Positions 22,419 through 24,000 of a stretch of 24,000 nt of DNA are shown here, piece after piece (the first letter of the stretch is position 1; each line of letters starts with the position of its first letter). Origin of the DNA: Synechococcus sp. AG-673-F03. GTDB taxonomy: Bacteria > Cyanobacteriota > Cyanobacteriia > PCC-6307 > Cyanobiaceae. The position numbers and the translations under genes are program-made. The stretch covers positions 4,125 through 28,124 of the forward strand of contig QCTJ01000008.1 of the NCBI GenBank assembly GCA_003211205.1. The letters are read 5' to 3'. The notes beneath the pieces were generated by a model. It had not been told where the DNA came from, made no database searches, and worked only from the letters and a program-made list of their open reading frames with translations.

Positions 22419-23075
22419 TTGCTTGATCCTGCGTCTCTGGCAGCCATCCATGAATATTTCCCGGCCCCAGGAATAATGAAGCCTTATCCAGGCCAGAAGA
22501 AGGATTTCATCTATCGATTGGTAGCGCCACTGAGAGCCAATGATTTGAGGAAAAGTCACACAGCATCATTCCGGCAACCTGCAGCAGAATTCTGGGACAC
22601 ATTTCAGAACCATCTCAAGAATCCTGCCTTTAGCAGACAACTACTCGACGCCACTATTCCATCAGATTTAGCCAAAGAAAAAGATCGGCACCCATCATTG
22701 CATCTCACAAAGGTACTGATTCCTGATAGCGATAGCTACAGAGTTGGTCCTCATACCGACCTACCAAGTAGAGTTTTTACGATCTTGCCCTATCTGCCAG
22801 AGCGTCAAAGGCTTAATGAATGCGGCACTCGACTATACGTCCCAAAAAATCCCCAAGGCCAGGATCGATTTCTCAAAAACGGACAACCACAAAGTTGGGC
22901 TAATTTTTTTGAAGTCGAGGCGATTGATTTTATTTCCAATCGCGCTTTTATTCTGCCCCGAACTGCTGAGGCCTGGCATGGTGTTTCACCCGTGAAAGAT
23001 TCACAAAGCCAGCGGCAATTAATCATTATTCGTTGTCAGGATAAGAACTTGATGTATGAAAACCAACAAAGCTGA
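22419..23075 (+). CDS. 2OG-Fe(II) oxygenase superfamily-like protein (218 aa, TTG start directly after a stop)
   Basis: HxD in VGPHTDLPSRVFTILPYL, a distal His in AEAWHGVSPV and a downstream Arg (RQLIIIR). AT-rich relative to its flanks. Confidence 0.6.
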   Translation: MLDPASLAAIHEYFPAPGIMKPYPGQKKDFIYRLVAPLRANDLRKSHTASFRQPAAEFWDTFQNHLKNPAFSRQLLDATIPSDLAKEKDRHPSLHLTKVLIPDSDSYRVGPHTDLPSRVFTILPYLPERQRLNECGTRLYVPKNPQGQDRFLKNGQPQSWANFFEVEAIDFISNRAFILPRTAEAWHGVSPVKDSQSQRQLIIIRCQDKNLMYENQQS

Positions 23076-23371
23076 TCCTTTGCTGGCCTCAGAAAAGGCG
23101 CGGAATCGCCCCCCGTTCTCGGATTTAGGCCTGGCGCCATTGCTGTTCAGCCAGATCCGAGGGTTCATGGGGTGGCAAAAGAATGCGATGGATTCCAGGG
23201 CAAGGCAGACCCTGATCCACAAGTTCCTGCCAGCTGATCACCCAGGTGAGGCCGTCAATGGCGCGGTTCCTACTGCTTGCTCGATCACTTCAATGCCAAG
23301 GCCAACCCTTGTGCGCCGAATGCATGGGAGATGTTGAGGGTTGGCGGTGCGGAACGCACAAGTCGCAGCGA

Positions 23372-24000
23372 TCAGCCCACGAGCTCTGCGCAACAGGCGG
23401 CAAACGCCGCACTGGGATCTTCAGCTTTGGTGATCGGGCGGCCAATCACCAGCTGACTGGCGCCGGCTGCAATCGCCTCAGCCGGCCCCATCACCCGGGC
23501 CTGATCACCCACGGCAGCACCTTTGGGGCGAATGCCTGGCGTCACCAAGGCGAACGACTCGGGGTGACGGGCCCGCAATGCCGCGGCCTCCAAGGGTGAG
23601 CACACACAGCCGCCGATGCCGGCAGTCGCCGACAGCTGCGCCAACGCCGGCACCCGTTCGGCGATGTCCTGGGCAATGGCGAGTTCACGTTGCAAACGCT
23701 GCTCGTCCCAGCTGGTGAGCACCGTCACCGCCAACAGGGTGGGGGCGGGTTGGCCAGCGCTTTGCGCCCCTTCCATCGCCGCGGCCTGGGCCGCTTGGAG
23801 TGCTTCGCTGCCGGCGCAGGCATGCACCGTGATCAGTTCCGCCCCCAGTGCCGCTGCCCGCCGGCAAGCCCCCGCCGTCGTTGCGGGGATGTCGTGGAAC
23901 TTCAGATCGAGAAACACTCGCAGGTCCTGCTCGCGCAACTGGGCGACCACCTCTGGGCCGGCCTGCACAAACAGCTCCAGGCCAACCTTGACCCAATGCA
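23372..24000 (-). CDS. pyrF: orotidine 5'-phosphate decarboxylase (partial; N-terminus beyond window end)
   Basis: [15 protein letters not shown] (DxKxxDIxxT), LVTPGIRP and QLVIGRPIT. The ORF stays open to position 24000. Confidence 0.9.
   Translation of the reverse strand, partial: HWVKVGLELFVQAGPEVVAQLREQDLRVFLDLKFHDIPATTAGACRRAAALGAELITVHACAGSEALQAAQAAAMEGAQSAGQPAPTLLAVTVLTSWDEQRLQRELAIAQDIAERVPALAQLSATAGIGGCVCSPLEAAALRARHPESFALVTPGIRPKGAAVGDQARVMGPAEAIAAGASQLVIGRPITKAEDPSAAFAACCAELVG

Overview
This window reads as a marine picocyanobacterial (Synechococcus-like) chromosome segment. That is an inference from gene content: DUF3104, DUF3119 and DUF3086-type ORFs, a lumenal-type pentapeptide-repeat protein, HU, GlgX, PlsY, PyrF and three HIP1 octamers. 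No database search was possible, so all family names come from motifs I can read in the translations.

There are two compositional regimes.

(1) 1 to about 9640 is an AT-rich stretch. As a sample, line 7261-7320 has 20 of 60 G+C. It is packed with short orphan ORFs of 30-130 aa on both strands. Many carry signal peptides or a single TM helix, and several fall below the 60-aa ORF-track cutoff. The only recognisable families there are a DUF3104-like protein and a pentapeptide-repeat protein.

(2) About 9640-22050 plus 23372-24000 is GC-rich core. As a sample, line 14281-14340 has 37 of 60 G+C. Its contents, in order:
- alpha/beta hydrolase
- a minus-strand string: hup, gluQ, a DnaJ-type zinc-finger mini-protein and two secreted hypotheticals
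- a degenerate MBL-fold protein
- glgX
- tRNA-Gly(UCC)
- a GPH/MFS transporter
- mlaE-like permease
- DUF3119, DUF3086, plsY
- an HExxH mini-protein
- an autotransporter-type beta-barrel
- partial pyrF

A second AT-rich islet (about 22090-23370) carries a 2OG-Fe(II)-oxygenase-like gene.

I found no CRISPR array, transposase, integrase, rRNA or recognisable defence system, and I cannot support a multi-gene novel system. The most interesting items are:
- an autotransporter-like gene split from its signal peptide and passenger by a one-base frame break at a homopolymer
- a pair of tiny signal-peptide proteins, the second with its SD locked in a hairpin
- several unlisted micro-ORFs
- a strong orphan terminator
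- several apparently decaying genes

Strand and start calls for the small island ORFs are low confidence.
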